Below are positions 19,563 through 30,273 of a stretch of DNA of 64,000 nucleotides, piece by piece. The notes under the pieces were generated by a model that did not search any database, was not told where the DNA came from, and saw only the letters and a program-made list of their open reading frames with translations. Every line of letters starts with the position of its first letter. Position 1 is the first letter of the stretch. A program made the translations under genes and the position numbers. The stretch spans positions 11,858 to 75,857 of the forward strand of contig JBAYKW010000002.1 in assembly GCA_041664365.1 (NCBI GenBank), in the 5' to 3' direction. The stretch is from Patescibacteria group bacterium (lineage in GTDB: Bacteria > Patescibacteriota > Patescibacteriia > UM-FILTER-42-10).

Positions 19563-20282
19563 ATGCATCATAATGAAAAAGAATGCGAATGCACGGGAGA
19601 CTGTGCAGAAAACGGCGAATGTAATTGCAAAGAAACTGGTGATGATTGCTGCAATGAAAACAATTCAGGCGTTTGTGATTGTGATTCAGACGATTGTTGC
19701 GAAGACAATGGCGCGTCAGGATGTGATTGCGATGAGGCAGATGACTGCTGTTGTGATGGGGGCAATATACAGGTCAACAAACCCGCTCCGGGATTTACGC
19801 TGGAGGGGATTGATAAAGAGGGTGTTAAGAAATATGGTCTAAGTGATTACAAGGGAAAATGGCTGGTGTTGTATTTCTATCCGCTCGATTTCACCTTCGT
19901 CTGCCCGACTGAAGTAACCGAGTTTTCCAAAAGGTTGAAAGAATTTGAGAAACTCGATACCAAGGTCCTGGGGTGCAGTACGGACAGCGTGCATTCACAC
20001 AAAGCATGGTTGAAGGAACTGGGTGACCTCGGCTACCCACTGCTTAGCGATATGACACACGAGGTAAGTAAAAGGTATCAGGTTCTACTTGAAGATGAAG
20101 GAGTCGCACAACGCGGATTATTCATCATTGACCCTGAAGGTGAACTGCGATACCAAGTAGTTCATGATTTCGATGTCGGACGCAATGTTGACGAAGTTTT
20201 GAGAGTATTAGAAGCTTTGCAAAACGGTGGTTTGTGCCAAGTCGGCTGGAAACCGGGCGATAAAACGTTGAAAGAGAAATAA
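19563..20282 (+). CDS. 2-Cys peroxiredoxin (AhpC type) with Cys-rich N-terminal extension
   Basis: FYPLDFTFVCPTE, GRN, LCQVGWKPG; 16 Cys in first 64 aa. Confidence 0.9.
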   Translation: MHHNEKECECTGDCAENGECNCKETGDDCCNENNSGVCDCDSDDCCEDNGASGCDCDEADDCCCDGGNIQVNKPAPGFTLEGIDKEGVKKYGLSDYKGKWLVLYFYPLDFTFVCPTEVTEFSKRLKEFEKLDTKVLGCSTDSVHSHKAWLKELGDLGYPLLSDMTHEVSKRYQVLLEDEGVAQRGLFIIDPEGELRYQVVHDFDVGRNVDEVLRVLEALQNGGLCQVGWKPGDKTLKEK

Positions 20283-20293
20283 TTGCTGCAATT

Positions 20294-20325
20294 AAAAAAT
20301 CCCGCTCTGAAAGAGCGGGATTTTT
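20294..20325. terminator. bidirectional terminator
   Basis: AAAAATCCCGCTCT-GAA-AGAGCGGGATTTTT between convergent genes. Confidence 0.8.
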
Positions 20326-20336
20326 GATATGTATGA

Positions 20337-20573
20337 TTATTCCTGGGCGGTATAACCGGCCTTTTTTATTTCAGCGGACATTTTCTCCGGAGTAACCTTT
20401 TGCGGATCGTAAATCACTTTGGTTATCTGTTTGGCGTAATTTGTGGTGCTTTCCAGTACTCCGTCAAGTTCTTCCAATGCGCCGTCAATATTCATAGCAC
20501 AACTGGGGCAATGCATGCCGGATATCTTGAATTCTATTTCGGTACCTTCTTTTTTTGGTTTCGAATTGAACAT
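20337..20573 (-). CDS. HMA-domain copper chaperone (CopZ-like)
   Basis: GMHCPSC. Confidence 0.85.
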   Translation of the reverse strand: MFNSKPKKEGTEIEFKISGMHCPSCAMNIDGALEELDGVLESTTNYAKQITKVIYDPQKVTPEKMSAEIKKAGYTAQE

Positions 20574-20590
20574 ATATTTCGGTTACTTAA

Positions 20591-21655
20591 TTAAATAACT
20601 TCCATTACTCCGGTGTACATGCCCATCGAGCAGGCGAAGACGAATTTACCTTTTTTCTGCGGTGTGAATTTAAAGGTCTGGGAGTCGGTCGGGTCCAGCA
20701 GTTCATAAATTTCAAATTCTTTGAAAGTAAAAGCGCTGGCACAGGAATAAGTATCCTCAGTTTTTACCGTTAATTCTACCGGCACTCCCGCCTGCACCTT
20801 GAAACGATTGGGACTGTAGCCGTTATTTTCCACATCAATTGTAATTCTTTGCACATTTTCCGAATCCATCAGTGACGGATCTGATAACGTAGCAAAATCC
20901 ACCGGCTCTTTTGATTCATCAAATAATGCAAGTTTAATCCGCTGCCAGGAAATCGGCGCATCCATTGCCTGCAAAGCCCCATTAATTCCGTAAAGAGACA
21001 TGAATATCAGTAATACGGCGGCGAATTTCATAAATTTTATTTGCATAGAGCCGGAAAGTTTGGCGGTAACAATTCCGATTAAACCGAAGACCGGCGCGGT
21101 CCCCAGAACAAACATAAACATTATTAATGCACCCATAACTGGGCTACCACTGTTAATTGCTAATACTTCCATCGCTTGAGTAACACCGCAGGGGATAAAG
21201 ATCGTAAAGAATCCTAATGTAGCGGGTGCAAAAAAGTAATTAGCCCTGCTGGTTGAACGCACCCAGCGTTGCATAAATTTCGGCGGCTGGAACATGACAA
21301 ACCGGAACATCGGGTGGACATTTAATAGATTCAGCGCAGTTGCCAGCATAAACAGGGCGGCCAATATCTGGAAAGTAATTCGTACGCCAAAACTTAGTGT
21401 CAGTACGGAACCTAATGCGCCAAGTAAAAATCCTAAAATTGTATGGGAAATCAATTTAGCGGAAAGGAACATCACTACGGGCATGACATTGTCCCTATGT
21501 AAAATGTTTTGTGTTTTTTGCTTTAATTCTTGATTATCCTGATTTTCTTTTCTTTTTTGATTGGCGACCACTGAAGCAAGCAAGCCTCCTTGCATCGCGA
21601 CACAGGAGATTCCACCCGTTGTCAGTCCGGTCAAAAATACTAGCCAAAGGTCCAT
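20591..21655 (-). CDS. TauE/SafE (DsbD-like) membrane protein fused to cupredoxin domain
   Basis: SCVAMQGG, FIPCG, C-terminal FACSMGM. Confidence 0.8.
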   Translation of the reverse strand: MDLWLVFLTGLTTGGISCVAMQGGLLASVVANQKRKENQDNQELKQKTQNILHRDNVMPVVMFLSAKLISHTILGFLLGALGSVLTLSFGVRITFQILAALFMLATALNLLNVHPMFRFVMFQPPKFMQRWVRSTSRANYFFAPATLGFFTIFIPCGVTQAMEVLAINSGSPVMGALIMFMFVLGTAPVFGLIGIVTAKLSGSMQIKFMKFAAVLLIFMSLYGINGALQAMDAPISWQRIKLALFDESKEPVDFATLSDPSLMDSENVQRITIDVENNGYSPNRFKVQAGVPVELTVKTEDTYSCASAFTFKEFEIYELLDPTDSQTFKFTPQKKGKFVFACSMGMYTGVMEVI

Positions 21656-21659
21656 TTGT

Positions 21660-23897
21660 TTATTCCTTAGTTATCTGTTTAGTTAAAGATATTGTTTTTA
21701 AACGCAAGGCATTGGTCACAACCGAAATACTGGAAAAGGCCATTGCCATGCTGGCTAGCATTGGATTTAAACGAATGCCGAAGAATGGAAATAAAATTCC
21801 CATGGCAACCGGTATCAGCAAAATGTTATAGCCAAACGCCCAAAGCAGATTCTGACGGATATTATTCATGGTTACTCTGGCAAGTTTTAAAGCTTTTGGC
21901 ACTAATAGAAGATCCCCCCGCAATAGCGTAATGCCGGCGGATTCAATCGCTACACCTGTACCCTCATCCATTGCAATGCCGATGTCTGCTGTTGCCAGCG
22001 CCGGTGCATCATTTACGCCGTCACCAACCATAGCGACAACTGCGCCCTGACTTTTCCTCTTTTTCACTTCCTGCTCCTTATCTTCTGGAAGCACCTCCGC
22101 GCTGAATTCATCGATCTGGAGCGTTTTGGCAATTGTCTGTGCCGTATTATAATTATCACCTGTAATCATTACTGAATTGATTTTCATCGCTCTTAGTTGT
22201 CCGATTGCAGCTTTGGAGTTTTCTTTTGGAGCATCTGAAATATCAAATCTGATTTTTATTTCATTATCAATTGCTACAAAAACCAGCGTACCATAATCAA
22301 CCTGTGTCTCCATAATTTTTGACGGGTCAGATATATTTCTCTCCCGCATTAACTTGGCGGTTCCAATCAAGACTTGTGAACCGTCAACAGTAGCGGTTAC
22401 TCCGCGACCTGGCAGATCTTCAAAATTTTCCACTTGCTGTGCTTTTTTTATTCCCAATTCTGCCAGATAATCAACAATAGATTTGGCTAAAGGGTGCTGT
22501 GACAGTTCTTCTGCGGCCATTGCTTGCGACAAAGCGAAATTTTTTTGTTCGTGCTCTAATCCGGAGGCAGAAACCAGATTGTTTACCTCCGGCTTGCCGA
22601 CGGTTAGTGTCCCTGTTTTGTCAAAAATTACCACAGAAACTTTTTTAGCCGCTTCCAGTATTTCCGCGTTTTTAATTAAAATTCCGTCCCGAGCCCCTCG
22701 TCCGATGGCAACGGTCAGGGAGGTGGGGGTAGCTAAACCCAGTGCGCACGGACAGGCGATAATCAGAACAGAGATCATACTGACCAGTGCATTGGGTAGT
22801 TTGGGGTCCGGTCCGAAAATAATCCAGATAACAAAAGTAATTATGGAAAGCCCGATTACAATCGGTACAAAGTATGAGGAAATCTTATCCACCAATTTTT
22901 GAATCGGCGGTTTTGACCCCTGTGCCTGGCGCACCATGTTAATAATTTGCGACAACCTGGTTTTTTCACCGATCTGCTGAGCTTCCATCTCAAAAGCTCC
23001 GGAAGAGTTGATGGTGGCGGCAAACACCGAATCCCCGGATTTTTTTTCTACCGGCATGCTTTCCCCGGTCAACATGCTTTCATTAACTGCGCTGCTGCCG
23101 CTGATTATTGTGCCGTCAATGGGAATTTTTTCGCCCGGCTTAACCATTAATACATCTCCGATACTTATACTATTAACCGGCACGTCTTCCCATTTATTAT
23201 CTCTTTTTACGTGGGCAACCTGTGGTTGGAGCTGCAACAGTTTTTTTATCGCATCTGAAGCCCTGCCCTTAGCGCGTGATTCCAGATATTTTCCAAGTAG
23301 TACTAATGTCAGAATAGCAGCTGAGGTTTCAAAATAAACATGGTCATCAATACCTTTGTCCATTAAATAACTTGAAAATAGTAGAACAATCAGTGAATAG
23401 CCGTAAGCAACAGACGTTCCCAATGCAACCAAAGTATCCATATTGGTTGTTTTGTTCTTTAGCGCAGACCAGGCACTGCGATAAAACCCGGAGCCAAGCC
23501 AGATTTGAATCGGTGTGGCCAACGCAAGCATTACCCACCGGTTCATCAAAAATTCCGGCGCGCCGGGTAGCATCGCGCCAATAATTAATCCTAGTGAGAG
23601 AATACTGCCGAATATAATTTTCTGTTTCAGCGATTTTAATTTCTCTTCATGTTCGTGTTCTGTTATCTCTTCTTCTTTTTCTTTATCCAAAATGGCTTTA
23701 TAACCCAGTGAGCTGACGATTTCAGCGATCTTTGATTCATTAATCGTATTTGGATCATAATCTAGATAGGCCTGCTCGTTGGCATAATTAACTGATGCGT
23801 CTTGGACACCGTCAGCTTTTTTTAGTTTTCTCTGGATATTCATCGCACATGATGCGCAGTGCATTCCGGAGACATGAAAATCAATTGATTTAGACAT
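21660..23897 (-). CDS. copA: Cu(I)-translocating P1B-type ATPase
   Basis: GMHCASC, TGES, CPC, DKTGT, GDGVND, YN and MxxSS. Confidence 0.92.
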   Translation of the reverse strand: MSKSIDFHVSGMHCASCAMNIQRKLKKADGVQDASVNYANEQAYLDYDPNTINESKIAEIVSSLGYKAILDKEKEEEITEHEHEEKLKSLKQKIIFGSILSLGLIIGAMLPGAPEFLMNRWVMLALATPIQIWLGSGFYRSAWSALKNKTTNMDTLVALGTSVAYGYSLIVLLFSSYLMDKGIDDHVYFETSAAILTLVLLGKYLESRAKGRASDAIKKLLQLQPQVAHVKRDNKWEDVPVNSISIGDVLMVKPGEKIPIDGTIISGSSAVNESMLTGESMPVEKKSGDSVFAATINSSGAFEMEAQQIGEKTRLSQIINMVRQAQGSKPPIQKLVDKISSYFVPIVIGLSIITFVIWIIFGPDPKLPNALVSMISVLIIACPCALGLATPTSLTVAIGRGARDGILIKNAEILEAAKKVSVVIFDKTGTLTVGKPEVNNLVSASGLEHEQKNFALSQAMAAEELSQHPLAKSIVDYLAELGIKKAQQVENFEDLPGRGVTATVDGSQVLIGTAKLMRERNISDPSKIMETQVDYGTLVFVAIDNEIKIRFDISDAPKENSKAAIGQLRAMKINSVMITGDNYNTAQTIAKTLQIDEFSAEVLPEDKEQEVKKRKSQGAVVAMVGDGVNDAPALATADIGIAMDEGTGVAIESAGITLLRGDLLLVPKALKLARVTMNNIRQNLLWAFGYNILLIPVAMGILFPFFGIRLNPMLASMAMAFSSISVVTNALRLKTISLTKQITKE

Positions 23898-24366
23898 ATT
23901 TTTTGGGATTTTTTAAAAATTCTTTTTTACAACCCGAAGCGCAGAAATAATAAGCGGTTCTTTTATAATATCCGGAAAAAGCCGTGTGCCTTGGTAATAC
24001 TTTCATTTTGCAAACGGGGTCAATGAATTCCGGAACAGCCGGTAGGGCAGAGTGGTTAATTACCGTTTTTTCCTGTGTCCGGTCGGCAAGGATTCTTTGA
24101 ATGGAATCCAGCACCTTAATAAATTCGGGGTGGGAGATGCAATATTTTATTTCTTTGCCGTTCCGCTCAGTAACTACTACACCCTCGCGGCGCAGTACCT
24201 GCAGATGCTGACTGATGTTGGCCTGGCTGATTCCGGTCATTTTTTTCATTTCCGACACGGTCAGGCAGTGACTACGCAAAAGCTGCATTATTTCAATGCG
24301 TTTAGTGTTTTTTATCGCCTCGATTAATCGGGCGTATTGCGTGTAATTAATGTTAGACATATTCAT
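23890..24366 (-). CDS. ArsR/SmtB regulator fused to YHS/TRASH domain
   Basis: [16 protein letters not shown]; DPVCKM...YYFCASGC. Confidence 0.8.
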   Translation of the reverse strand: MNMSNINYTQYARLIEAIKNTKRIEIMQLLRSHCLTVSEMKKMTGISQANISQHLQVLRREGVVVTERNGKEIKYCISHPEFIKVLDSIQRILADRTQEKTVINHSALPAVPEFIDPVCKMKVLPRHTAFSGYYKRTAYYFCASGCKKEFLKNPKKYV

Positions 24367-24405
24367 AGTTTTGAATATATCATCACATTAAATCTCTGTC
24401 AAATG

Positions 24406-24437
24406 GGGTAGCTTGGGTGACGTCACCCAAGCTACCC
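24406..24437. repeat. perfect 32-bp palindrome between divergent promoters
   Basis: GGGTAGCTTGGGTGAC/GTCACCCAAGCTACCC. Confidence 0.8.
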
Positions 24438-24444
24438 ACTGCGT

Positions 24445-24488
24445 TTGACTCAATTCAGATGTTTTTGTAAGATGATAGACCGTTTTAG
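24445..24488 (+). promoter_or_regulatory. purA promoter with GACCGTTTTAG element
   Basis: TTGACT-N17-TAAGAT, then 11-mer shared with purB promoter. Confidence 0.55.
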
Positions 24489-24517
24489 TGAGGATTTTCG
24501 GACCAGGGGAGGGTTAT

Positions 24518-25867
24518 ATGCCTATCGACACGATTTGTGGTCTCCAACGGGGAGACGAAGGCAAGGGCGCGATCGTTGATCGCAAACTGGCCTCAGGTAA
24601 GTACACCTGGAATGTCCGTTTCCAGGGAGGTGCCAACGCTGGCCACACTGTGAAGGCTGGTGGAAAGAAGTTGATTCTGCACCAAATCCCTTCTGGCGTC
24701 ATGCACGAGCGGGTCAGGCTGGGCCTCGGTCAGGGCATGATTATCGATCCGTTCGGTCTCCGCGATGAAGTCGAACAGCTTCGGGTTATGGACATCGATG
24801 CGACGGCGCGACTGTGTGTTTCTTCCGGTGCCAAGATCGTCTGTCCGTGGGACAAGCTCCTGGACGGCGCGATCGATCGCGTGCGAGCCAAGGCTATGGG
24901 CATGCAGGTCGCGGAGGGCGGCGGCGTCGGTACTACCAACCGCGGGATCGGTCCCGGCTATGCTAATGCGGTGTCACGGGACGGCATCACGGTGGCGCAG
25001 CTGGTCCGGCCGAACGTGCTCTTCAATCGGATCAAAGTCGTGGTCCCGGTGATCAACTGCATGATCCGCGGTGTGCGCCAGGAGCTGGATTTATCGGAAG
25101 AGCAGCTACCGGAGTACACTGTTTCCGGTGCGTTTGAACAGCTCGCTCCGATCGGCGAATGGATGTCGCTGATTGCGTATCCGCTGCATGAACTGCTGCG
25201 GGTTGCACTTATGGAAGGTGAATTCTTACTCGCAGAGGGCGGACAGGGTTATTTCCTGTCCAACGACTGCACTGTGAGCTATCCCAGCTGCACTTCCTCG
25301 ATCACGACGGCCAACGCCGTTTTCTCGGGGCTCGGACTCGAACTGCGAAGAAGCTGGATCGGTAGCACGATCGGCGTGGTCAAGGCGTACCAGACGGCAG
25401 TGGGTAATCATCCGATGCCCACCTACATCGGCAACGAGTACCAGGAGCGTATCCAGCGGATCGGTGGCGAAATCGGCGCGTCGACCGGCCGGATACGTGA
25501 CTGCTGCTGGCTGAACGGTTTGGAGCTTCGCGAGGCTGCTCAGTTTTGCGACGTGATCTACGTCACCAAGCTGGATGTGCTGTCCGGGATTCCGCTGATT
25601 CCGATCGCAACCGCCCTGCATCCTGACAACCATGCTCCGAATCATCCAGTGCTGACCGATCTCCCGCAAACCTGGGAGGAGTACATGCTCTGCCAGCCGA
25701 TCTACGGCATCAACGTGACCGGCTGGAACGAGGACATCTCCGGCATTCGCAGGATTGCCGACTTGCCGAGCAGTGCGCAGGAATACTTGGCTACGATTGC
25801 CAAGATTGCGTCCAGGATGGTCATCTGCGTCGGTGTCGGTCCTGAACGCGAGCAGTTCTGCGTTTAG
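24518..25867 (+). CDS. purA: adenylosuccinate synthetase (divergent)
   Basis: GDEGKG, RFQGGANAGHT, GTT.RGIGP, TKLDVL, GVGP.R. Confidence 0.9.
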   Translation: MPIDTICGLQRGDEGKGAIVDRKLASGKYTWNVRFQGGANAGHTVKAGGKKLILHQIPSGVMHERVRLGLGQGMIIDPFGLRDEVEQLRVMDIDATARLCVSSGAKIVCPWDKLLDGAIDRVRAKAMGMQVAEGGGVGTTNRGIGPGYANAVSRDGITVAQLVRPNVLFNRIKVVVPVINCMIRGVRQELDLSEEQLPEYTVSGAFEQLAPIGEWMSLIAYPLHELLRVALMEGEFLLAEGGQGYFLSNDCTVSYPSCTSSITTANAVFSGLGLELRRSWIGSTIGVVKAYQTAVGNHPMPTYIGNEYQERIQRIGGEIGASTGRIRDCCWLNGLELREAAQFCDVIYVTKLDVLSGIPLIPIATALHPDNHAPNHPVLTDLPQTWEEYMLCQPIYGINVTGWNEDISGIRRIADLPSSAQEYLATIAKIASRMVICVGVGPEREQFCV

Positions 25868-26146
25868 CAGCTCTTTTGGGAGGTAGTGGGGAGTGTATGC
25901 ACAAGCATCCTTCCCATTTTTTTATTCAAAAGTATTCTTAACTGCCGAAAACTATAATTTATTTGGTTTCTGAAGATGCACTTTATGGGACTTTTTTAAA
26001 GCTATTTGACATTGAATTATGGATAGGAGTATTATAAATCCACGTAAACAAAAACCAAAAAAAATTAGAAACCTTCGCAGCTATGGGGTTATTTTTTTCC
26101 GCCCATTTTACAAAAATACGTTTAAAAATGTGAAAAGTGGGGAGTT

Positions 26147-26202
26147 TTGACAGATACTATATTTTGTGATACAATTACCATTAGAACCACAATATATAGT
26201 GT
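26147..26202 (+). promoter_or_regulatory. promoter with two NrdR boxes
   Basis: TTGACA-N17-TACAAT; ATACTATATTTTGTGA 26154 and CCACAATATATAGTGT 26187. Confidence 0.8.
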
Positions 26203-26288
26203 TGTACATGTTTTGAAAGATACGGTGTGGGGTGAAAGACCCAAATTTACCGCTTATACATAAAAAAGCTATATTTTTTTGAAAAATT

Positions 26289-26765
26289 ATGCAGTGCCCT
26301 GTGTGCCACAATATGGATAGTAAAGTTATCGACTCCCGTTCAATAGAAGAAGGGATTGCTATTCGCCGGCGCAGAGAGTGTGAAAAATGTCAGTTCCGAT
26401 TTTCAACATATGAAGAGGTGGAAATTCTGGACCTCTCGGTGGTTAAACAGGACGGTCGCAGAGAGGTATACATTCGTGAGAAGATTGAAAACGGATTGAA
26501 GCGGGCGCTCGAAAAAAGGCCGGTTGACCGTGAAGCATTCCGAAGACTAATCAGTCATATTGAAAGGGATATTCAACTTCGTAGCAAACCGGCATCCGCA
26601 AAAAATAACGGAGCACGCCGGGAGATAGAAACTTCCAAAATCGGAGAGATTGCCATCAAGCATTTGAAGAAATTGGATCCCGTAGCCTATATCCGTTTCG
26701 CATCCGTTTATAAATCTTTTGAAGACATTGATTCATTTAAAAAAGAACTTAAAAAAATAAGCTAA
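26289..26765 (+). CDS. nrdR: transcriptional repressor NrdR
   Basis: CPxC..V.DSR..IRRRREC..C..RF.TYE, ATP cone, AYIRFASVY. Confidence 0.95.
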   Translation: MQCPVCHNMDSKVIDSRSIEEGIAIRRRRECEKCQFRFSTYEEVEILDLSVVKQDGRREVYIREKIENGLKRALEKRPVDREAFRRLISHIERDIQLRSKPASAKNNGARREIETSKIGEIAIKHLKKLDPVAYIRFASVYKSFEDIDSFKKELKKIS

Positions 26766-26783
26766 TTAATTATAGGAGGCGCC

Positions 26784-29714
26784 ATGCCAGAAGAAACACA
26801 AACAATTACACAAACAAAGGTTCAGGGAAACGAAACAAGTATTAAAGATTCTTCTCTTGATGAGAGCGAAGAAATACAAATAGAAAAAAAGAAAGGTTTA
26901 ACTTTTGAACGTTTCTTCTCTCATTCAGGGAAGCATCCCTTTGACGATGTTAAATGGGAAAGGCGCGATGCTACAATTACTGATCCGAAAGGAAATATAA
27001 TCTTCGAACAGAAGAATGTAGAGTTTCCTGTTTTTTGGACTCAGAATGCAACCAATATTTGTGTTTCCAAATATTTCTATGGCGACGAAAAAAAAGGTGA
27101 AAGAGAAAACAGTGTAAAACAGCTTGTTGATCGTGTTTCACGAACCATGACCGATTGGGGAAAGAAAGACGGATATTTCGCCTCGGAAGAGGATGGAGAA
27201 AATTTTTATAACGAACTAACCTTCCTGTTAGTAAATCAGTATGCCGCCTTCAACAGCCCGGTGTGGTTTAACTGTGGTGTAAATCGTTATGATACAGGAT
27301 CCGGAGCCGGCAGATACTATTGGAATAAAGAACAGGGGAAAGTATTATTGGCCGAGGATGACTACACTTATCCGCAATGCTCCGCCTGTTTTATTAATTC
27401 CGTGGAAGATTCTATGGATTCTATTTTGAGTTTATCCAAAACAGAAGGAATGCTGTTCAAGTTCGGATCCGGCACCGGTACTAATCTTTCAACTATCAGA
27501 TCTTCAAGGGAAAGGTTGAGTGGCGGAGGGCAGTCGTCCGGTCCAGTATCATTTATGAAGGGTTTTGATGCGTTTGCGGGTGTTATTAAATCCGGTGGAA
27601 AAACCCGCCGGGCCGCTAAAATGGTGATTCTAAACGCTGATCATCCGGATATCGTTGATTTTATTGATTCCAAGGCCAATGAAGAAAAGAAAGCCTGGGC
27701 TTTGATTGACGCGGGATACAATGGTGCAATTGACGGCGAAGCATATACTTCTATTTTCTTCCAAAATGCCAATAACAGTGTCCGAGTAACCGATAAGTTT
27801 ATGGAAGCAGCGATGGAAAACAAGAAATGGAAAACGCACGCGGTGACAACCGGTGAAGAAATGGAAACGTATAATGCCCGGGATCTGATGCAAAAGATTG
27901 CCGATGCAACATATATTTGCGGTGATCCGGGTCTGCAGTTTGATACAACGATCAATGATTGGCACACTTGTCCGAATACCGACCGGATTAACGCATCCAA
28001 TCCTTGCAGTGAATACATGTTCCTGAACGATTCTGCCTGCAATCTGGCCTCCCTTAATTTAATGAAATTTACAAATGAACAGGGAGTATTTGACATTGAT
28101 TCTTATTTGCATGCCGTGGACGTAATGATTACTGCGCAAGAAATTGTAGTTGATCATGCCAGCTATCCAACGGCAGAGATTACAAAGAATAGTCATCTGT
28201 TCAGACCGCTAGGGCTTGGGTATGCTAATCTCGGAGCACTCTTAATGTCGCTAGGTCTTGCGTACGACAGCGACGAAGGAAGAGCCTGGGGCGGGTTAGT
28301 TACTTCAATCATGACCGGGCGCGCTTACCGGCAGTCAACTTTGATTGCTAATGTCGTGGGTACATTCGCGGAATATGAAACGAACCGCAGCCCGTTCCTG
28401 CGCGTTATGAGAAAACACAGAGACGCTGTTTATGATATCAGAGATTTTAATAAACAATCAGCGGAATTGAAAATAACGGCCGGGGAAATCTGGGATGAGG
28501 TAGTGGAAATGGGACAGCAATACGGATTCCGCAATGCTCAAACAACAGTACTTGCTCCGACCGGAACAATCGGGTTCCTAATGGACTGTGATACTACCGG
28601 AATTGAGCCCGACATTGCTTTGGTCAAATATAAGAAGTTGGTCGGTGGTGGCTATATGAAGATCGTAAATTCAACCGTGCCATTGGCGCTTAGACATTTG
28701 GGATACACTAATGAGCAGATCAATGCAATTATTGACTACATTGACAGTAACGACACGATTGAAGGCGCGCCTTCTTTGGATGAAGATCATCTGTCTGTAT
28801 TTGACTGCGCATTCAGACCAAGTAATGGCGTAAGATCGATTCATCATATGGGTCATATTAAAATGATGTCCGCGGCTCAACCTTTCCTGTCCGGTGCAAT
28901 TTCTAAAACAGTTAATATGCCGGAAGAATCCAAGGTGGAAGATATCATGGACGCATATATTCAAGCCTGGAAGCTGGGCCTGAAAGCAGTTGCGGTTTAT
29001 CGTGACGGTTCCAAGCGCACGCAGCCGCTAAATACTGGTAAGGAAGACGGCAATAAAAAGGAAAAGACAAACGGTGATCAGGTGATCCGTCTGAAACTGC
29101 CTGATGAAAGACAGTCAATTACCCATAAATTTGAAATAGCCGGACATGAAGGATATATCACCGCGGGACTCTACGAAACAGGTGAAGTTGGGGAAATCTT
29201 TATCACCATGTCCAAAGAGGGTAGTACACTCTCCGGAATTATGGACGCATTTGCTACTTCCATATCTCTTAACCTGCAATACGGCGTGCCTTTGAAAGTT
29301 CTGGTCAGTAAGTTCACCCATTCCCGTTTTGAACCGGCAGGATTTACCTCCAACAAACAGATCCCGATGGTTAAATCAATTATGGATTATATTTTCCGCT
29401 GGCTTGCGATCAAATTCCTGAGACCGGAAGAAGCGGCACTGGTTCATAATGCTTTGTTGATTGGCAATGACCAGAAGGAGATGGAAGTAAAAAATACTGA
29501 AGTTAGAAAAGAGAAGGAAAAAGAAACCGTTGCAAAACCCGGTGCAGGACAGGAACCACTACCTTCATTCAAAGAAAAGTCCGAACAACAGGAACTGTTA
29601 ACATTCCAGAATTCTGAGGATGCCCCATTCTGCGGGGAGTGTGGATCAATCATGGTGCGCAGCGGATCCTGCTATAAATGCATAGAATGCGGATCTACCA
29701 GCGGGTGCTCTTAA
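26784..29714 (+). CDS. nrdJ: class II (AdoCbl-dependent) ribonucleotide reductase with TSCPD domain
   Basis: FNSPVWFN, QCSACFI, SNPCSE, APTGTI, SKTVN, C-terminal CxxCG...GCS. Confidence 0.93.
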   Translation: MPEETQTITQTKVQGNETSIKDSSLDESEEIQIEKKKGLTFERFFSHSGKHPFDDVKWERRDATITDPKGNIIFEQKNVEFPVFWTQNATNICVSKYFYGDEKKGERENSVKQLVDRVSRTMTDWGKKDGYFASEEDGENFYNELTFLLVNQYAAFNSPVWFNCGVNRYDTGSGAGRYYWNKEQGKVLLAEDDYTYPQCSACFINSVEDSMDSILSLSKTEGMLFKFGSGTGTNLSTIRSSRERLSGGGQSSGPVSFMKGFDAFAGVIKSGGKTRRAAKMVILNADHPDIVDFIDSKANEEKKAWALIDAGYNGAIDGEAYTSIFFQNANNSVRVTDKFMEAAMENKKWKTHAVTTGEEMETYNARDLMQKIADATYICGDPGLQFDTTINDWHTCPNTDRINASNPCSEYMFLNDSACNLASLNLMKFTNEQGVFDIDSYLHAVDVMITAQEIVVDHASYPTAEITKNSHLFRPLGLGYANLGALLMSLGLAYDSDEGRAWGGLVTSIMTGRAYRQSTLIANVVGTFAEYETNRSPFLRVMRKHRDAVYDIRDFNKQSAELKITAGEIWDEVVEMGQQYGFRNAQTTVLAPTGTIGFLMDCDTTGIEPDIALVKYKKLVGGGYMKIVNSTVPLALRHLGYTNEQINAIIDYIDSNDTIEGAPSLDEDHLSVFDCAFRPSNGVRSIHHMGHIKMMSAAQPFLSGAISKTVNMPEESKVEDIMDAYIQAWKLGLKAVAVYRDGSKRTQPLNTGKEDGNKKEKTNGDQVIRLKLPDERQSITHKFEIAGHEGYITAGLYETGEVGEIFITMSKEGSTLSGIMDAFATSISLNLQYGVPLKVLVSKFTHSRFEPAGFTSNKQIPMVKSIMDYIFRWLAIKFLRPEEAALVHNALLIGNDQKEMEVKNTEVRKEKEKETVAKPGAGQEPLPSFKEKSEQQELLTFQNSEDAPFCGECGSIMVRSGSCYKCIECGSTSGCS

Positions 29715-29720
29715 GAATCC

Positions 29721-30269
29721 ATGCCAAAAAAACCTCAGGGAACTAAGGGATTAGTCATCGTTTACACTGGTAGCGGTAAAGGTAAGACAACTGCTGCGCT
29801 GGGGATTGCCCTGAGAGCAGCTGGGTATAAGAAAAAGGTGTTGATTGTTCAGTTTATCAAAGGTTCCTGGGACACTGGGGAAATCAATAGCATTAGGCGA
29901 CTTTCGCCGGAGATTGAGTTGGTCAGGATGGGTGAGGGGTTTGTCGGCATTATTGATGATCAGAAGGAATTCAAAGAGCATGTGCTGGCGGCAAAGCGCG
30001 CGCTTGCCATTGCCCGGAAGGCAGTTATTTCAAAAAAATATAGTGTTGTCATTCTGGATGAGATCAATTACGCAGTCAAAGGCAAATTGATTAAACAACA
30101 GGATGTACTGGATTTAATAAAAATGAAGAATGAGAAACTGCATTTGGTGCTGACCGGGAATTTTGCCGGGCCGAAAGTTATCGCGAAAGCGGATTTGGTG
30201 ACGGAAATGAAAGCGGTCAAGCATCCTTATCAAAAAGGAATCAAAGCGCAGAGAGGAATTGATTATTGA
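29721..30269 (+). CDS. cobO: cob(I)yrinic acid a,c-diamide adenosyltransferase (CobA/CobO/BtuR)
   Basis: YTGSGKGKTTAA.G..LRA.G, QFIKG, LDE, ADLVTEM..KHP. Confidence 0.9.
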   Translation: MPKKPQGTKGLVIVYTGSGKGKTTAALGIALRAAGYKKKVLIVQFIKGSWDTGEINSIRRLSPEIELVRMGEGFVGIIDDQKEFKEHVLAAKRALAIARKAVISKKYSVVILDEINYAVKGKLIKQQDVLDLIKMKNEKLHLVLTGNFAGPKVIAKADLVTEMKAVKHPYQKGIKAQRGIDY

Positions 30270-30273
30270 TGTG

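Noticed and set aside
24518-25867. PurZ (2-aminoadenine pathway)
   Set aside because: It retains the GDEGKG catalytic Asp of PurA and there is no phage context.
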